Assembly: GCA_046290465.1 (NCBI GenBank)
Contig: JBKAGP010000001.1
Coordinates: forward strand, 6,272,001 to 6,336,000
Source: Planctomycetota bacterium
GTDB lineage: Bacteria; Planctomycetota; UBA1135; UBA2386
Direction: 5' to 3'
DNA: 64,000 bases
The position numbers and the translations under genes were made by a program. Positions 61,201 to 64,000 of the stretch are shown piece by piece. A model generated the notes under the pieces. That model saw only the letters and a list, made by a program, of their open reading frames with translations, was not told the DNA's origin and made no database searches. Numbering within the stretch: position 1 is the stretch's first letter; the number at the start of each line of letters is the position of its first letter.

Positions 61201-64000
61201 ATGAGATCCATGCCCTCGTGCGCGGCGACCACGTGCCGCGCCACCCTCTCTCTCCTGACCATCGCGGCGCTGACCGGCAGCCTGGCGGCCCAGAGCACCT
61301 GGACCGGTGCGACCAGCGCCGACTGGAACGACGCGTCGAACTGGTCGAGCAGCAGCGTGCCGACATCGTCCGACGACGTGGTCGTACCACCCGTAGTCGC
61401 GCCCGCATTCGAGCCGGCGACGTCCGGCGCGCCGGCATGCCGCGACCTGACGGTGCAGGTCGGCGGCCGGCTGACGCTGTCGCCGTTGGTGGTGCTCGGG
61501 GTCCACGGGAACGTCACCGTCGACGGGGACGTCGCTGACGGGGGCAGCCTGGAGTTGCGCGGCGGCAACGCGGCCAGCGTCGCCGGGGCGGCGGCGCTGC
61601 CGACGCTGGTGGTCGACAAGGCACCCGGGACCGCGGTCTCGCTCAACGGCAGCCCGTCGATCGCCGGTGCCTTCACGCTGCGAGACGGCGCGCTGTCGGT
61701 CGCCGGCACCGCGACGTTCGCGCTGCCGGCGAGCTTCGTCGGCGGTTCGTTGACGAACCAGGGCAGCTACCGCTTCGAGTCGAGCGTCGCGTTCACCGGG
61801 ACGGCCGTCGGCGCGGCTCCACAGATCACCGTGCTCGGTGACTGGCAGAGCGACGCGAGCTTCCAGCCGACCTCGGGCGCGGTGGTGTTCGACGGCTCGT
61901 CGACGCTGTCGGGAGCGCCGTCGTTCTTCGACCTGGTGCTCGACATCGGCAACCCGACCCAGACCGAAGTGTTCGCCAACGTGCCGACGACGGTGCGCGG
62001 CGGGTTGACCGTCCGGGGCGGTGCGACGCTGTTCGGCAACCAGCAGGTGACGGTGACCGGCGCAGCCAGCATCGAGGCCGCGGGCACGTTCGACACTGCC
62101 GGCGGGACCCACCGCTTCGCCAGTTCGATCACGCAGAACGGCACGATCGCGGGCAACGGCACGTTCACGTGCGTCGGCAGCACCGCCGGTACGATTGCGG
62201 CCAGCCAGCCGCTGCCGGCGGTGGTGGTGCAGAAGAACGGCGTCACCAACCTGACGTTTGCCGGCGGCACCGATCTCGAGATCGACGGCACGCTGACGTT
62301 GAACTCCGGCATCCTGCGCATCAACCGCACCACGCGCGTCGTCGGCGTCAGCACGTTCGCGGGCGGCAGCCTGACCGGCAACAGCCTGCTCGATCTCGAC
62401 GACGACGCCAACTTCGTCGGCGCGTCGGTGACGCTGCCACCGGCCATCACCTGCTCGGGGGACTGGCTGGCGGACAGCTTCTACGACCCGGCCAGCGGCA
62501 CGGTGACGTTCGACGGCACGCCGGGGACCAGCCAGACCATCGACCTCAGCGGCGCCAGCTTCGGCAACCAGACCAACTTCTACGTCATCAACGTCGCCGC
62601 GGGCGCCAGCGTGACGGCGCTCAGCGAGCTGCGCGTACGCAACTCGATGACCGTGTCGGGCCAGTTCACGGCGGCAGCGCCGATGGACCACGACGGTTCG
62701 TTCCACGTCACTGCCAATGCGGTCTGTGACGCCGGCGCGTTCACCCACACGTTCGCCGGCACCGTCGATCTCGATACCGCGATCACGGTGGCGGGCACCG
62801 GCGTGTTCGTGTTCGACGGCAGCACCTCGGCGTCGTTGGTCACGCCGACGACCGTCGCGGTGACCGTGCCCAACGTGCGGGTCGTCAAGACCGGCGGTGC
62901 CAGCCTGTGGGTAGGCTACCTGCTGACCATCGACGGCTCGCTGGAGTTGCTCTCGGGCCGTCTGACCGGCCAATCGACCACCACGGTGACCGGCGACGCG
63001 ACCTTCTCGGGTGGTCACCTCGGCACCACCCCGAGCACCGGCTACGGGCTGGTCGTCGACGGTGACGTCGTCTGCAACGGCGCCGTCGCGGTGCACCCGC
63101 CGACGATCACCGTGCGCGGCAACTGGACCTCGGACGATCTGTGGGCGCCTCAGGATGGCGCCGTGCGGTTCGAGGGCACCAACCCGCAGGTGATGACCTC
63201 GACGGTCGGCCCGCTGCGCTTCGCCGGACTCGAAGTCGAGTTCGGTGCAAGCGCCTCGACGCAGGAACAGATCGAGTGCCAGAGCCTGGCGGTCGACGGC
63301 GCGTTCACGACCACGGCGGCGATCGACTGTGACGGCGCGCTGACGGTCGGTGCCCAGGGCACGCTCGGCGCCGGCGCGGCGACGCACCGGATCGCCGCGA
63401 ACATGACCGCGACCGGCAACCTGATCGCGACCGGCGTGTTCGTGTTCGACGGTAGCTCCGCCGGTTCGATCAGTTCGTCCGATCCGCTGCCCGCGGTGCG
63501 CATCGAGAAGGATGCGTCCGCCGTCTGCTCGCTCGTCGGGCTGACCATCATCGGCGATCTCGACATGCTGTCGGGGCACGTCCGGACCGGCAACTCGACC
63601 ACCGGTGTGCAGGGCGACGCGCGCTTCCAGGGCGGCCAGATCTCGTACACGACGATGGTCGTCGGCGGCGACGTGACGTTCTCGGGTTGCCAGTCGATCG
63701 CCAACCCGAGTGCGCAGCCGTGGGTCAACCTGACGTGCGAGGGCGATTTCTTCGGCCATCCCGCGTTCCGACCGATCAGTGGCACGATCACGATGGACTC
63801 GGATGGCGCGACGCTGAGCGGCGCGCTCGAGCTGTTCTCGCTGTCGTTGCCGACCAACTCCAGCGCCGACGTGCTGTCGCCACTGACGCTGGCGGGCTCG
63901 TTGTCGCTGAGCGGTGAGCTCGACCTGTTCGGCAGCGACCAGCCGATGGAGGTCGTCGGCGCGACCACGTTCGGCGCGGGTGGGAGCCTGCGCTTTGGCG
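61201..64000 (+). CDS. Large secreted beta-helix/adhesin-like repeat protein (3'-truncated by the window)
   Basis: Open frame to the window end; signal peptide then WTGATSADWNDASNW; about four ~210-aa repeats ending GDW...F.P..G.V.FDG. Confidence 0.85.
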   Translation, partial: MRSMPSCAATTCRATLSLLTIAALTGSLAAQSTWTGATSADWNDASNWSSSSVPTSSDDVVVPPVVAPAFEPATSGAPACRDLTVQVGGRLTLSPLVVLGVHGNVTVDGDVADGGSLELRGGNAASVAGAAALPTLVVDKAPGTAVSLNGSPSIAGAFTLRDGALSVAGTATFALPASFVGGSLTNQGSYRFESSVAFTGTAVGAAPQITVLGDWQSDASFQPTSGAVVFDGSSTLSGAPSFFDLVLDIGNPTQTEVFANVPTTVRGGLTVRGGATLFGNQQVTVTGAASIEAAGTFDTAGGTHRFASSITQNGTIAGNGTFTCVGSTAGTIAASQPLPAVVVQKNGVTNLTFAGGTDLEIDGTLTLNSGILRINRTTRVVGVSTFAGGSLTGNSLLDLDDDANFVGASVTLPPAITCSGDWLADSFYDPASGTVTFDGTPGTSQTIDLSGASFGNQTNFYVINVAAGASVTALSELRVRNSMTVSGQFTAAAPMDHDGSFHVTANAVCDAGAFTHTFAGTVDLDTAITVAGTGVFVFDGSTSASLVTPTTVAVTVPNVRVVKTGGASLWVGYLLTIDGSLELLSGRLTGQSTTTVTGDATFSGGHLGTTPSTGYGLVVDGDVVCNGAVAVHPPTITVRGNWTSDDLWAPQDGAVRFEGTNPQVMTSTVGPLRFAGLEVEFGASASTQEQIECQSLAVDGAFTTTAAIDCDGALTVGAQGTLGAGAATHRIAANMTATGNLIATGVFVFDGSSAGSISSSDPLPAVRIEKDASAVCSLVGLTIIGDLDMLSGHVRTGNSTTGVQGDARFQGGQISYTTMVVGGDVTFSGCQSIANPSAQPWVNLTCEGDFFGHPAFRPISGTITMDSDGATLSGALELFSLSLPTNSSADVLSPLTLAGSLSLSGELDLFGSDQPMEVVGATTFGAGGSLRFG

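Overview
High-GC bacterial chromosomal window. The gene content (ECF sigma plus Ser/Thr kinase module, HEAT-vWA, prenyltransferase-repeat and many large secreted proteins) suggests Planctomycetota; this is inference only. Core genes: dusB, tRNA-Leu(CAG), smpB, tmRNA (tag ANTHYSLAA), xerD, a DksA/TraR-lspA-pyrD-response regulator-uORF-secA-waaA-ychJ cluster, glycerate kinase with D-glycerate dehydrogenase, and a class I fumarase. Accessory blocks: kinase/ECF/di-heme beta-propeller module, a small-gene islet next to the ssrA 3' end with an XRE regulator and palindromic operator candidates, a YfhO/GT-C cluster, a cytochrome c peroxidase-cupredoxin-MCP operon, an Ig-repeat metzincin operon, and a sigma54 activator divergent from a large repeat adhesin-like ORF. 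Best leads: (1) a membrane-targeted 105-aa uORF ending in LPPPRAPT directly before secA, a candidate SecM-like arrest peptide; (2) a translationally coupled operon of an Ig-repeat metalloprotease lipoprotein, a TIMP-like/helical partner and an alphaCTD-sigma4-tandem winged-helix protein; (3) the XRE/operator islet at ssrA. No CRISPR array, rRNA or transposase was seen. All family calls come from reading motifs by eye, not from database searches.
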